DNA of 64,000 nucleotides from Anaerolineales bacterium (GTDB taxonomy: Bacteria > Chloroflexota > Anaerolineae > Anaerolineales > UBA11579): the NCBI GenBank assembly GCA_050115475.1, contig JASFQL010000004.1, positions 93,263 to 157,262 of the forward strand, written 5' to 3'. Of this stretch, positions 48,442-57,762 are shown in pieces. The translations under genes were made by a program, and so were the position numbers. The notes beneath the pieces were generated by a model. That model ran no database searches. It worked only from the letters and a program-made list of their open reading frames with translations, and had not been told where the DNA came from. Within the stretch, counting starts at the first letter, position 1; each line of letters begins with the position of its first letter.

Positions 48442-49269
48442 ATGAAAACATCAATATCCATCTTCAAAGAAAGGCAGCTCGTCGATGCTTATGAAGTAAC
48501 TTACAGTGACGTTCAATGGCTTCGATTAGCATGCCCTGAATGTCTCGAACCTGTGATCCTGGTTGATAGAATTGACACTCGTTATTTCAGGCATTATGCC
48601 AAGACAGAGCACTCACCATTTTGTTCGTTGAGGGTATCGTCCAGTGGGAGATCTTCTTATTCAGAATACCAAAGAAGTGTTAATGACATATTCAAAGAGG
48701 AGGTTTTCCAAAAAGCAATCTCAAAAATATGTGTGGATTCATCACCGATTTCATTGGAAAAACCCTATCTACATATCGTTGAGAGCCTGATCAAATTGAT
48801 GCACGAAATCATACAAAACGAGGACCGATTAATCCTGATCGAAGATTTGCCGGAGGTATCAGTTGAGTATAAAGGTGCCTGGACGACAACGGAGAAGTTA
48901 GTCAGAGAGAATTTTATTTTTCTTTCAACCTATTATCCTGAATGGATCTCAACTTATGAATCTCTGAGAACAGAAGGACATATTTTCACCGTTTTACTGC
49001 TCTGGAAACACCTTCATCTCGAACGCGTGGAAGATGATTTGCGATTTCTGCTACAAAAGGCGCTTGAAAGTTGTCTGCCGAAACCAAAATTCAATCTGCC
49101 AAACACTTACAGGGAAAACATAGTAGATGAAGCCAGGTCAGCGGTTATTTTTCATGCCTTGTCTATTCTCGCTACTGTGCCTTGGCGTGAACTGCCGGCT
49201 TTCTTGAAGTCGCTGATTGGGATGGAAGGGATACGTCCCCCAAAAACACCTGTACCCTTAAAGATTTGA
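48442..49269 (+). CDS. Hypothetical protein with N-terminal CoiA-like zinc finger
   Basis: LACPECLEPV...YFRHY...C; lower GC than neighbours. Confidence 0.55.
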   Translation: MKTSISIFKERQLVDAYEVTYSDVQWLRLACPECLEPVILVDRIDTRYFRHYAKTEHSPFCSLRVSSSGRSSYSEYQRSVNDIFKEEVFQKAISKICVDSSPISLEKPYLHIVESLIKLMHEIIQNEDRLILIEDLPEVSVEYKGAWTTTEKLVRENFIFLSTYYPEWISTYESLRTEGHIFTVLLLWKHLHLERVEDDLRFLLQKALESCLPKPKFNLPNTYRENIVDEARSAVIFHALSILATVPWRELPAFLKSLIGMEGIRPPKTPVPLKI

Positions 49270-49304
49270 GCCGATTGTATAGGGTCATGAGGACATTTTA
49301 GGGG

Positions 49305-49874
49305 CTAAGGGGCGCCGCGGCTCTCGCCATCAACGAGGGCACCGGCAATGAGGTGGGACACACGGATAGGTTCGGGGATGTGTCCGTGGACGGCAAAGCG
49401 CTCGATGACAGACTCCGCTTCTTCGAGGGAGATTCCCACCCGCTGCACGTATGCATTCCTCACAGCTTCCATGGGGCCGAGACGATCGATGACGGACCAT
49501 TTCTTTTTCCCATCGGGGATCTGGGTGGTGAGTGCGTTCCGGATGGCTTCCATATCCGGCGAGCGGCGTGAGACCACCAGCACGGGGAGCTTCAGCGCTT
49601 CATGGAGTTGGAACACATCGACGACGTTGAAGCCCCCGAAGGCGATCCCCTGGAGCATGATGAGCTGGACGTGTTCGGCGAACTTGGATTCGGACACCAG
49701 TTTACGGAGGACTTCAGCCGAGTCGTACCCATCCTTTTCAATCTCCCCAACCAAAACCCCATCGAAGCGCAGACTGGCAAAGACCGCCCCTATGATGGCG
49801 ACTACCCCTCGATGGTCGGGGGCGAAGGGGGAATCGTCGAAGCCGATGATATTCGAATAACGCTTGATGGACAT
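49305..49874 (-). CDS. DUF99 family (endonuclease dU / EndoV-like) protein
   Basis: IGFDDSPF, GIAFGGFNVVD and G.IPEPIR..HLIA motifs. Confidence 0.88.
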   Translation of the reverse strand: MSIKRYSNIIGFDDSPFAPDHRGVVAIIGAVFASLRFDGVLVGEIEKDGYDSAEVLRKLVSESKFAEHVQLIMLQGIAFGGFNVVDVFQLHEALKLPVLVVSRRSPDMEAIRNALTTQIPDGKKKWSVIDRLGPMEAVRNAYVQRVGISLEEAESVIERFAVHGHIPEPIRVSHLIAGALVDGESRGAP

Positions 49875-49904
49875 GATTCAGTGTGGATTATATCTTAGAG
49901 TGAT

Positions 49905-50807
49905 TTACTCCCCCACCACGCCATACATCTGGTCAGGCGTGAGAACCTCCGGGAAGCGTTCCCGCAGGGCAAGACGCATCTCATAGCATAAGTGGCAGGC
50001 ATCGGCGTAGGCCTCTTCATGCGGTAGGTCGTAGCGCTTCACCAGCCCCACCGGCCCCTCATCAAGCAGCGGCCCCACGAGGGGGTGCGCTTCGGGATCA
50101 TACTGCGTCGTAATGTCCCGTAAGGGGGTCTCGAACAGGTTGCCGATAGAAATCCCCTGGCAGATGTGCAGGTAACCCAATGGGTCGAGATGGATGCGGC
50201 CCGGCTCCACCAAATCTTCATAGGGGCATTCGGTGAACTGCTTCCAGGGGTGCTTATCCGCTTTTCTGGCCAGGGTGACCGCCGCCCGTCCGCGGTACAT
50301 GATGCCAGATTCCCCTGGCGGGAGTGTGCCTACAACACTGGCGGCGTTGACGTCTTCGGGTTGGGCAATGCTGATGACCCCGATGGGGATATCCAATTCA
50401 TCCGCCACCTTTTCGATGTGCTTGACGTTCTCGCCGAGTTCTTCGAACCAGTGATAGGTGTCACTGCTGATGGATAGATCCTGGACCAAACCCCTGAACG
50501 GTTCGAGGTAAGCCAGGGCGTCCTCCTCGCTTACAGCCCAATAGCCGTTGGTGACGATCCCCACGTCGAAACCCTTGGCGGCGGCTTCCTGGACGCCTTT
50601 CAACATGGCGGCATAATACAGCGTCGGTTCGCCCCCTTCGAAGTAAACCATGCCCACCGTGCCCAGGTCTTTGGCCTGCTGCAGGACGTTCCGGAGCTGC
50701 GGCAGGGTCATCGTGCCCGTTTGCCATTGGCTGCCCCACACGAAGCAGTGGTCGCACTCCAGGTTGCACTGGTAAGTGAGCAGTATATGGATGCCGGTGA
50801 GTTTCAT
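49905..50807 (-). CDS. Radical SAM protein
   Basis: CNLECDHC, GGEP and TNG motifs; C-terminal Cys (CHLC). Confidence 0.92.
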   Translation of the reverse strand: MKLTGIHILLTYQCNLECDHCFVWGSQWQTGTMTLPQLRNVLQQAKDLGTVGMVYFEGGEPTLYYAAMLKGVQEAAAKGFDVGIVTNGYWAVSEEDALAYLEPFRGLVQDLSISSDTYHWFEELGENVKHIEKVADELDIPIGVISIAQPEDVNAASVVGTLPPGESGIMYRGRAAVTLARKADKHPWKQFTECPYEDLVEPGRIHLDPLGYLHICQGISIGNLFETPLRDITTQYDPEAHPLVGPLLDEGPVGLVKRYDLPHEEAYADACHLCYEMRLALRERFPEVLTPDQMYGVVGE

Positions 50808-50817
50808 GTTTGTCTCC

Positions 50818-51807
50818 TTAGGGGTAAACGCGCTTCAGGATCCTCAAGGCGAGGAAGGTGATCCAGGGGGAAGGCTCGCGTTTTTGCCCGAAGCTCCAGT
50901 CCCTCCACGCCTTCCATACAGACCCGGCTTTGAAACGGCCATCCTCGTCCTGGGAGGCGATGAGGATTTTCGTCATTTCTATCAGACGGGGGTCGCTGTG
51001 GACGGTGGGCAGGCGGCTGAGGACATCTAAAACGTGAAGGATATCGTACCAGATAAAGGGGTATTTGAGTCTACGGTAGGTCGTACCGATCCCGAACATG
51101 TAAATTTTCCGGTCGCGCTGGTTTTTCCAATGTTTCAGGAGCATCTCCGCGCCGATGTTTACCGCTTCGTTGTTTTCCTTTTCTTTATCTGCAAGCAATA
51201 CTTTGGCAGCGATGAGGTTGGCGTAGGGGCAGGGATCATCTTTCCGTCCTGGCCCACGAAATTTGCCCAATGTAGAATCAGCCGCGCAAGGCCAGCCGTT
51301 CTCCCGGATGAGCCCAACGAGATGGATTTGCGCTTTTTGTACTGCGGGATTCTCCCCATATCCAAATTGGATGAGGGCATGCAGGATGGTAGGGGTATCG
51401 CATAACATCCAGCTTAAGCTGTCTTCATCGGTCCCCCCGAATACCTTGGGGATACGCACGAGCGTTTGGAAAGCGCCCTCTTCTGATTGGTGGGCTAAGA
51501 GTTTGTTGGCGATATCGGCGATACCGGGATCATCCTTGTTCAAGCCAAAATCTGCCAGGACGGTCAGTTTGTGGATGGGATGGTTGGCGTCGTTGTGGCG
51601 CGTGAGGGCATAGCCCGGCCACTCGTCCGCCCCCTCGATGAGTTCCACTACCTTTGGATGGGTGAGGAGTTCCTTCCGGGCTTTCGATACTTCCGGGTCA
51701 TTTTCATCCCTATCTAGCAGGTCGACCAGGGTCCGGTATCTCACCCAGGGAGTCTCTTGCTCCAGTAGCCAGGGAATTGGATCGGTGTTGAGGTATTTCT
51801 TCCAGAT
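50818..51807 (-). CDS. Prenyltransferase/squalene-cyclase-like alpha-toroid protein (start anomalous)
   Basis: WLLE, QSEEG, QDEDG and PSPWIT motifs; no in-frame ATG near the expected start. Confidence 0.65.
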   Translation of the reverse strand: MWKKYLNTDPIPWLLEQETPWVRYRTLVDLLDRDENDPEVSKARKELLTHPKVVELIEGADEWPGYALTRHNDANHPIHKLTVLADFGLNKDDPGIADIANKLLAHQSEEGAFQTLVRIPKVFGGTDEDSLSWMLCDTPTILHALIQFGYGENPAVQKAQIHLVGLIRENGWPCAADSTLGKFRGPGRKDDPCPYANLIAAKVLLADKEKENNEAVNIGAEMLLKHWKNQRDRKIYMFGIGTTYRRLKYPFIWYDILHVLDVLSRLPTVHSDPRLIEMTKILIASQDEDGRFKAGSVWKAWRDWSFGQKREPSPWITFLALRILKRVYP

Positions 51808-51821
51808 GTCATCTTCACCTT

Positions 51822-52778
51822 TTATTTTTTCGGGGCGTGTTCTTTCAGGAATTTCAAGGCTGCGGGTTCGGTCTCTTCGATGTGGGTGAGGTAGCACAAA
51901 TGGCTTCCGCCGGGGATTGGGAGGAAATCTGCATTGGGGATTCTATCGGCGCTGCGCTGGCCATGGCTGAAGGGGACCAGCCTGTCGGCATCCCCGTGGA
52001 TGACCAATGTGGGCGCTTTGATCTTATTGAGGCGGAAGTCCTCTAAATTCTGGAGCTGTTTGGCGTCGTTCAATATCCCTTCTGTGCGCAGACTCACCGG
52101 GAAGATCGTATGGGCGGTGACGCGCAATCGTTCCAGGGCTTCGGGGGACATCTTCCGCTGTTCTTTAATCTTCGGACCGCCGAGGAGTGGGAGGAAGGGC
52201 GCTTTCAGAAACATCCACAAGGGGTAGTCTGCATGCGAGACGCCTTCGTAGGCGAGCTGTTCGTGTAAGGGTATGTAGGTGTAGGGGTGGTTAGCATTCA
52301 CCGCTGAAATCAGGATCAGCCCCCAACAGCGCTTGGGGTAATCGAGGGCAAACTGGATGCTTGGCGGCCCACCGGCGGAAATCCCGGCGACAGCAACCGA
52401 TTGGATGCCGAGTTCGTCCAACAGTGCCGCACAGGCATCTGCCTGCTCTTTGGGGGTCTCACCGGTCTCCAGGGGAGTACGTAAGTAGCCCGGACGGGAG
52501 ATGGAAATGACCTGGAAGCCCTCATCGGCCAGTGGATCGGTGGCAATGAGACCCTGGTCGTAGCCTCCACCTGCGCCGTGGAGCACGAGCAGGGCCGGTC
52601 CTTCCCCCTGGATGGCGGCTTCCACCGGACCCCGGGCGGTGTCGATCAAGACACTGCCCTCCCCCAGATATTCGGCGATCTCACGTTTTTCACGCAGGTA
52701 TTTGCTCACCGCCCAGGCGGATAGCCCTGCACCCAGGGCAGCCGCGGCAGTATAAATCCAGTTATTCTTTTTGGTCAT
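51822..52778 (-). CDS. Alpha/beta hydrolase
   Basis: LHGAGGG, GISAGG, HGDAD and GSH motifs. Confidence 0.9.
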   Translation of the reverse strand: MTKKNNWIYTAAAALGAGLSAWAVSKYLREKREIAEYLGEGSVLIDTARGPVEAAIQGEGPALLVLHGAGGGYDQGLIATDPLADEGFQVISISRPGYLRTPLETGETPKEQADACAALLDELGIQSVAVAGISAGGPPSIQFALDYPKRCWGLILISAVNANHPYTYIPLHEQLAYEGVSHADYPLWMFLKAPFLPLLGGPKIKEQRKMSPEALERLRVTAHTIFPVSLRTEGILNDAKQLQNLEDFRLNKIKAPTLVIHGDADRLVPFSHGQRSADRIPNADFLPIPGGSHLCYLTHIEETEPAALKFLKEHAPKK

Positions 52779-52780
52779 GG

Positions 52781-53101
52781 TCAGCGGTAATCCTCTCTGA
52801 CGGGGTAAAAGACATCGATGACCTTGCAAGCGGTCAGCGCCTTGCCGTTGTGGGGAACGTTGGAGGGGATGACGAAGACTTTCCCCGGTGTGAGTTTGTG
52901 CGCTTCGCCATCCACGACCAGTTCCAGCGTCCCTTCAAGCACGTTGGCGACCTGCTCGTGGGGATGGCTGTGGGCTGGCAGTGCAGCACCTTCTTCGATA
53001 TCCCAGTAAGCGAGGGTCATGTTGTCGGTGTGCACCATGCGGGCGTGGAAGCCCGGAACGAGTTCTTTACTTTCTATGGATTCAAGGTCGATGAATGGCA
53101 T
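52781..53101 (-). CDS. Cupin domain protein
   Basis: HSHPHEQ, PSNVPH and [10 protein letters not shown] motifs. Confidence 0.9.
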   Translation of the reverse strand: MPFIDLESIESKELVPGFHARMVHTDNMTLAYWDIEEGAALPAHSHPHEQVANVLEGTLELVVDGEAHKLTPGKVFVIPSNVPHNGKALTACKVIDVFYPVREDYR

Positions 53102-53116
53102 GGGGTACTCCTTATC

Positions 53117-53665
53117 CTAATCCTTTATCAGTTCGATTTCTTCTGCTTTAATAATGACTTCTATCTTATTCCCATAACCGATATCGGGAACATATTGAGA
53201 GATGATTTCGAGAATGTGGTCATTTTGAAAATGATTTTTCTTCGTTTCCGGATGGGGATAGTAAATCCAGCCGTCGTAGGTTTTGTTGTCATAGGTGATT
53301 CTACATCTCGAAAAGGAAAAATGCTCCGGGGGATGCAGGTGTGTCCATTCGACATTCCGGAATGTGTATTCAGGATTTGTAACTGTAAAACGGAACGGGG
53401 TGATTGAAATATTGAGCGTTGCCGGATAATATTCTGTCAGGTCGAGTCCCAGCTCCTTGAAAAAAGGGATTTGCATGCGGATTGAACCATCCGGGTAAGG
53501 GCTGTCGTCCGCCTGCCCGGATGCCACGCCGTGGCCGCGTATGACGACGCCCATGACCTTTAACCATTTTTCTTTTGGTGTCACTTTTAATAACGCCTTA
53601 TTATTGAGGTTGGCTTTTTGTGATATTTGATAATACCGTATCCTTTCCCTATATGATGCAATCAT
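53117..53665 (-). CDS. CTP-dependent riboflavin-kinase-like protein (start uncertain)
   Basis: G.VIRGHGVAS, YPATLN, P..TK..H and ILEII motifs, as in archaeal-type RFK. Confidence 0.5.
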   Translation of the reverse strand: MIASYRERIRYYQISQKANLNNKALLKVTPKEKWLKVMGVVIRGHGVASGQADDSPYPDGSIRMQIPFFKELGLDLTEYYPATLNISITPFRFTVTNPEYTFRNVEWTHLHPPEHFSFSRCRITYDNKTYDGWIYYPHPETKKNHFQNDHILEIISQYVPDIGYGNKIEVIIKAEEIELIKD

Positions 53666-53839
53666 CCGGTTATGAGCTTTCCTTAATCTACTATTTTATG
53701 GTATTTTATTATAGATTCGCTAGGAATGAAATAATAGTTACAGTAATAAGAAATGAAGCAGGTTGGATTGAGGTCAAAGACTTGCAGCGAATAAATTTAA
53801 TATGCAGAAAATGTGAAAAATAAAATATAATTAGAACGC

Positions 53840-54445
53840 ATGTTCAGGTGCATTGTGGAACATAGTGAATTAAAAGAATTGCACTATATCACTTATATTA
53901 ATAATGTCCCATCAATTTTAAAGCTTGGAATACTCAATTTTGAAAATGCGAAAAAAATTGAATCAAAGTCATTTGCAATGAATGTGATTCAGGAGAAACG
54001 CGAAAAGATTGTAGTGCCAAATGGATTGCCTCTTCATAAATATGCTAACTTATATATTCATGCAAGAAATGTAACACTTTATTCTAGAAGAGGTGAACAT
54101 AAATCCCTTTGTGTTCTACAAGTAAGTACAGAGGTCTTAGACATATCAAGTGTTGTAATTGCAGATGGCAACGCTTCGAGTGATTATACAGCTTTCTACC
54201 CCTCGCCGTCGGGAATAAAAATGTTAGACCGTGAACTAGTTTTTGCAGAATTTTGGACTGATGATGATCCAATTGAAAAATGGAGGAAAAGACGTGCCCG
54301 ATGTGCTGAAGTACTTGTTCCTGAACGGATTCCTCCCAAATATATTGTTGGTGCTTATGTATCGAATAAAGAAACTTCGGAGACCTTCAAAAACTTAGGG
54401 ATATCTCTTCCCATAGTTGAGGATCCACATCTATTTTTCTTATAG
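53840..54445 (+). CDS. darT: DarT ssDNA ADP-ribosyltransferase toxin (DUF4433)
   Basis: LHYITYINNVPSILKLGI, LHKYANLY, DGNASS and RCAEVLV with catalytic Glu. Confidence 0.9.
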   Translation: MFRCIVEHSELKELHYITYINNVPSILKLGILNFENAKKIESKSFAMNVIQEKREKIVVPNGLPLHKYANLYIHARNVTLYSRRGEHKSLCVLQVSTEVLDISSVVIADGNASSDYTAFYPSPSGIKMLDRELVFAEFWTDDDPIEKWRKRRARCAEVLVPERIPPKYIVGAYVSNKETSETFKNLGISLPIVEDPHLFFL

Positions 54446-54461
54446 TGATGAGGTAGTTGAT

Positions 54462-55565
54462 ATGAGTGTCAAAGTTTTAGTTGGCGACATTTTTGAGTCA
54501 GATGTTCAGACCCTTGTAAATACTGTAAATTGTGTTGGAGTAATGGGCAAAGGCATTGCGCTTGGGTTTAAAGAACGTTATCCTCAAATGTATAAAGATT
54601 ATGTCGGTAAGTGTGATCGTGGAGAGGTAAAACTAGGCTACCCATATCTTTATAAATCTGTCGTTCCTCCTTGGATAATTAACTTCCCAACAAAGGATCA
54701 TTGGAGGTCTTTGGCTAAAGTAGATGATATTATCAAAGGTTTAGAATATTTACTTGATTATTATAAAGATTGGGGAATTACTTCTCTTGCAGTTCCTCCC
54801 CTTGGAGCGGGATTAGGACAGCTTGAGTGGAGAATAATTGGACCGATTCTGTATGAATACCTCAACAAAATGGATATTCCTGTCGAATTATTCGCTCCAT
54901 ATGACACTCCTACCAATGAACTAGAGTTAAGTTTCCTGTCTTCAAAAAAACAGCTAACTTTGAGAGCACCATCTTCTGAATGGGTTAGTCCCGGGTGGGT
55001 TGCTTTGGTGGAAATAGTAAACCAGGTTCAAAAACAACCTTATCATTGGTCAATTGGTCGTACCAGTTTCCAAAAAATGGTGTATGTGTCCCAAACTGAA
55101 GGATTGCCTTTAGGTATTGAGTTTCAAAGGGGGAGTTATGGTCCATTTTCGCCTGAACTGAAAAAGAAAATGAGTCACCTAATTAACAATGGTCTTATCA
55201 GAGAAGAGCGTGAAGGGAGAATGTTTAAAATTCAACTGGGCCCTACTTATGAGACAGCATATCAATCATATCTAACAGATTTGAACCAATGGGATGAAAT
55301 TATAAAGAAGGTATCAGATTTATTTATGAGAGTAAATACAAAACAGTCTGAAATTATCGCCACAGTGATTTATGTTACTGAAGAACTCCAAGAAAAAATG
55401 ACCGATAAGCCATCTGAGATGGATGTTTTTAAGGAAGTAATAAATTGGAAACAAAGGCGAGAGATTAGTAAAAAAGAATTCGCTTCTACGATTCGAAATT
55501 TGGCAGCATTAGGATGGCTTGATGTAAAGGGGAGTAAGGAGTTACCAGTTAAAGAGACTCTCTAG
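54462..55565 (+). CDS. darG: DarG macrodomain antitoxin
   Basis: GDIF, VNTVNCVGVMGKGIA, NFPTK.HW and PPLGAGLG; C-terminal QK..Y...YGPFS domain. Confidence 0.92.
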   Translation: MSVKVLVGDIFESDVQTLVNTVNCVGVMGKGIALGFKERYPQMYKDYVGKCDRGEVKLGYPYLYKSVVPPWIINFPTKDHWRSLAKVDDIIKGLEYLLDYYKDWGITSLAVPPLGAGLGQLEWRIIGPILYEYLNKMDIPVELFAPYDTPTNELELSFLSSKKQLTLRAPSSEWVSPGWVALVEIVNQVQKQPYHWSIGRTSFQKMVYVSQTEGLPLGIEFQRGSYGPFSPELKKKMSHLINNGLIREEREGRMFKIQLGPTYETAYQSYLTDLNQWDEIIKKVSDLFMRVNTKQSEIIATVIYVTEELQEKMTDKPSEMDVFKEVINWKQRREISKKEFASTIRNLAALGWLDVKGSKELPVKETL

Positions 55566-55573
55566 AAGAAAAG

Positions 55574-55617
55574 CCACCCAGGCACCCAATCCCTGAGTGC
55601 CTGGGTGACTGGGTGAC
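55574..55617. terminator. Hairpin made of 8-bp units between convergent genes
   Basis: CACCCAGGCAC...GTGCCTGGGTG. Confidence 0.5.
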
Positions 55618-55623
55618 CGATTC

Positions 55624-56172
55624 CTATTCTTTCGGTACGAAATACACGTCGGTGGGTTTCAGTTTGCTGTTCCGCAGGAATTGGGGAACAACCTCCATCC
55701 CGATCCAATCCAGGCTGGCTTCCATCGGATCCAACCCCAGCACGCGTGTGAGTAACAAAGTGTTTATCCCCTCAAACTCAATTTGGGCGAGAACGAAGGG
55801 AGTCTCAGGCAGGAATTCCTCCGACCCGAAGTGGCACACCGTGAAAGCGTGGATCTTCGCCTTTCGCTCGGTGATGTCGATCCACACGGTCTCGTCCCCG
55901 GAATACATGTCGTGGCCGCGTGGGGTGGCGTAGGCGTAGTTCCCGCTCGGGTCCTGGTTTGCCAGGAGCCGTTTTTGGGTCAGGCCCGCGAACCAGGGGC
56001 TGTCTTGGGCGTAGGAGTGCAGGTAGGTGATGCTGTAGGGCTGCTCGATCTGGATGGGCGCCATCTTCTTCAAGAAGGCTAACGCTTCCGGATCGGTTTC
56101 TAACGGGAAGGGGATCCCGTGGACGATGTAGCCGCCCAGGGTTTCCTCTCGTTTGGTGGGTTGTTTAGCCAT
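55624..56172 (-). CDS. DUF35/OB-fold thiolase accessory protein
   Basis: HSY..DSPWF.GL, A.IHAFTVC, PFVLA.IE and IGMEV motifs; the Zn-ribbon cysteines are absent. Confidence 0.8.
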   Translation of the reverse strand: MAKQPTKREETLGGYIVHGIPFPLETDPEALAFLKKMAPIQIEQPYSITYLHSYAQDSPWFAGLTQKRLLANQDPSGNYAYATPRGHDMYSGDETVWIDITERKAKIHAFTVCHFGSEEFLPETPFVLAQIEFEGINTLLLTRVLGLDPMEASLDWIGMEVVPQFLRNSKLKPTDVYFVPKE

Positions 56173-56175
56173 GTC

Positions 56176-57543
56176 TCACTCCTTCTCCAAAACGCTGACC
56201 GTCACGTAGGTGCCTGTACCGGCGTGCGAGTGTATCGCCCCGCGTTGGGCATCTTTGAGCTGCAAGGTGTCGTCTTTGAAGTGTTTTCCGATGCTGTTTT
56301 GCAGCTGCCAGATGGCGAACACAGCCTGCATCAGTCCGGTGGCGCCGACGGGGTGCCCGCAGGCGATCAAACCGCCGGAGGGATTGACCGCACACGCGGG
56401 TTTGTCTGTGAGCTTCAACCCGTAGTCGACGCCTGGCACGAACGCCTTCCCGGAGGCGGCGAAAGGGCCGCCTTCCCCGTAGCGGCACAGCCCCAGGTCT
56501 TCGTAGGTCTGGATTTCGCTGGAGGTGTAGGCATCGTGCAGTTCCACGAAGTCGAGGTCGTTGAGGGGATCTTCGATCCCGGCGTGCTTCCAGGCCATAT
56601 TGCCTGCCGTTCGTCCAGCCCGGAAGGAGTGAACCCCCGGGTAGCGTGTGCCGTGATCCCACAGTTTCTTGTAATACTTGCGGGTCTCGTCCGAACCTTT
56701 TTCCTGCTCGGTGGCGTAGTCTTCCATGAAAGTATCGTAGTCCACGTGGGGGCGGTCGGCCATGCGCATGGCGTCGGTACCGCGCCCGATCCCGGTGACT
56801 TTCACCAGGGGGCGTGGGATTTTCGCTCCGGCATCTTCAAGTTCCTTCAACCCGTCCTCAGAGACGAGGATGGCTGCCGCAGCCCCATCCGACATCACGC
56901 AGATGTCCAGGCGGGTGAGCGGCCAGGCCACCATGGGTGAGCTGCGTACGTCCTCGATGGTGTAGCGGCTGCGCTTTTGTGCGTAGGCGTTGTAGTAGGC
57001 GTTGATGTGGTTCTTTACGCTCACGTGCGCCATCTGCTCTACCGTGGTGCCGAATTCCTTCATGTGGCGGGTGACCATCATGGCGTAGTACCCGGAATAA
57101 AAACCTCCGACGGGGTAATCGAACGATACGTCGGAGGCCAGGGCGATGAACTCGTTGCCTTTCCAGGTTTCCACGTGGCTCATCGTCTCGAAACCATAGG
57201 CCGCGCATATATCCATGTGGCCGCTGGCTATCGACTTCCAGGCTTCCTGGAAGCACAATCCGCCAGTGGCGCCGCCGCCCTCCACCCGGTGGCTGGGCTT
57301 GGGGCACAGACCCAGATAGTCCTGGGCCATAATGGCGGCCATCAGCTGGCGGGTGAAGTGGTCGGAGAAATAAGACGCAACCGAGCCATCGACGAGTTTG
57401 GTAAAGGTGGGGAAGTCCAGGCCGATGTCTGCGATGGCGTAATCGTAGGCCTCCTTGACGAGGGCCTGGTAGTTCTTATCGGGTCGTGATTTGGCAAATT
57501 TGGATACGCCGCCCGATATGGCGTAAACGGGTCTCATAGGCAT
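56176..57543 (-). CDS. Thiolase-superfamily (SCP2/archaeal-type) protein lacking the nucleophilic Cys
   Basis: VEGGGATGG, SDGAAA, ELHDAY and NPSGGL...GHPVGATG motifs. Confidence 0.88.
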   Translation of the reverse strand: MPMRPVYAISGGVSKFAKSRPDKNYQALVKEAYDYAIADIGLDFPTFTKLVDGSVASYFSDHFTRQLMAAIMAQDYLGLCPKPSHRVEGGGATGGLCFQEAWKSIASGHMDICAAYGFETMSHVETWKGNEFIALASDVSFDYPVGGFYSGYYAMMVTRHMKEFGTTVEQMAHVSVKNHINAYYNAYAQKRSRYTIEDVRSSPMVAWPLTRLDICVMSDGAAAAILVSEDGLKELEDAGAKIPRPLVKVTGIGRGTDAMRMADRPHVDYDTFMEDYATEQEKGSDETRKYYKKLWDHGTRYPGVHSFRAGRTAGNMAWKHAGIEDPLNDLDFVELHDAYTSSEIQTYEDLGLCRYGEGGPFAASGKAFVPGVDYGLKLTDKPACAVNPSGGLIACGHPVGATGLMQAVFAIWQLQNSIGKHFKDDTLQLKDAQRGAIHSHAGTGTYVTVSVLEKE

Positions 57544-57762
57544 TCCTCCTTTATTGAGAATGCCGAAGGCATTCTTCTTTACAATGAGCAGCACACTGCT
57601 CATTGCCATAGGGTGAGACATTTGGGTTAGGATAAAAATGGTTCTGCATCATTATAAAGGATAACGACGACGAGTTACAAGATAGGGGGATTTAGGTGGG
57701 GATGAGACAAGGGTATAATGAGAGTGGGAATCTACGAAATTATTTGGTTTGGGAGGGAAGAA

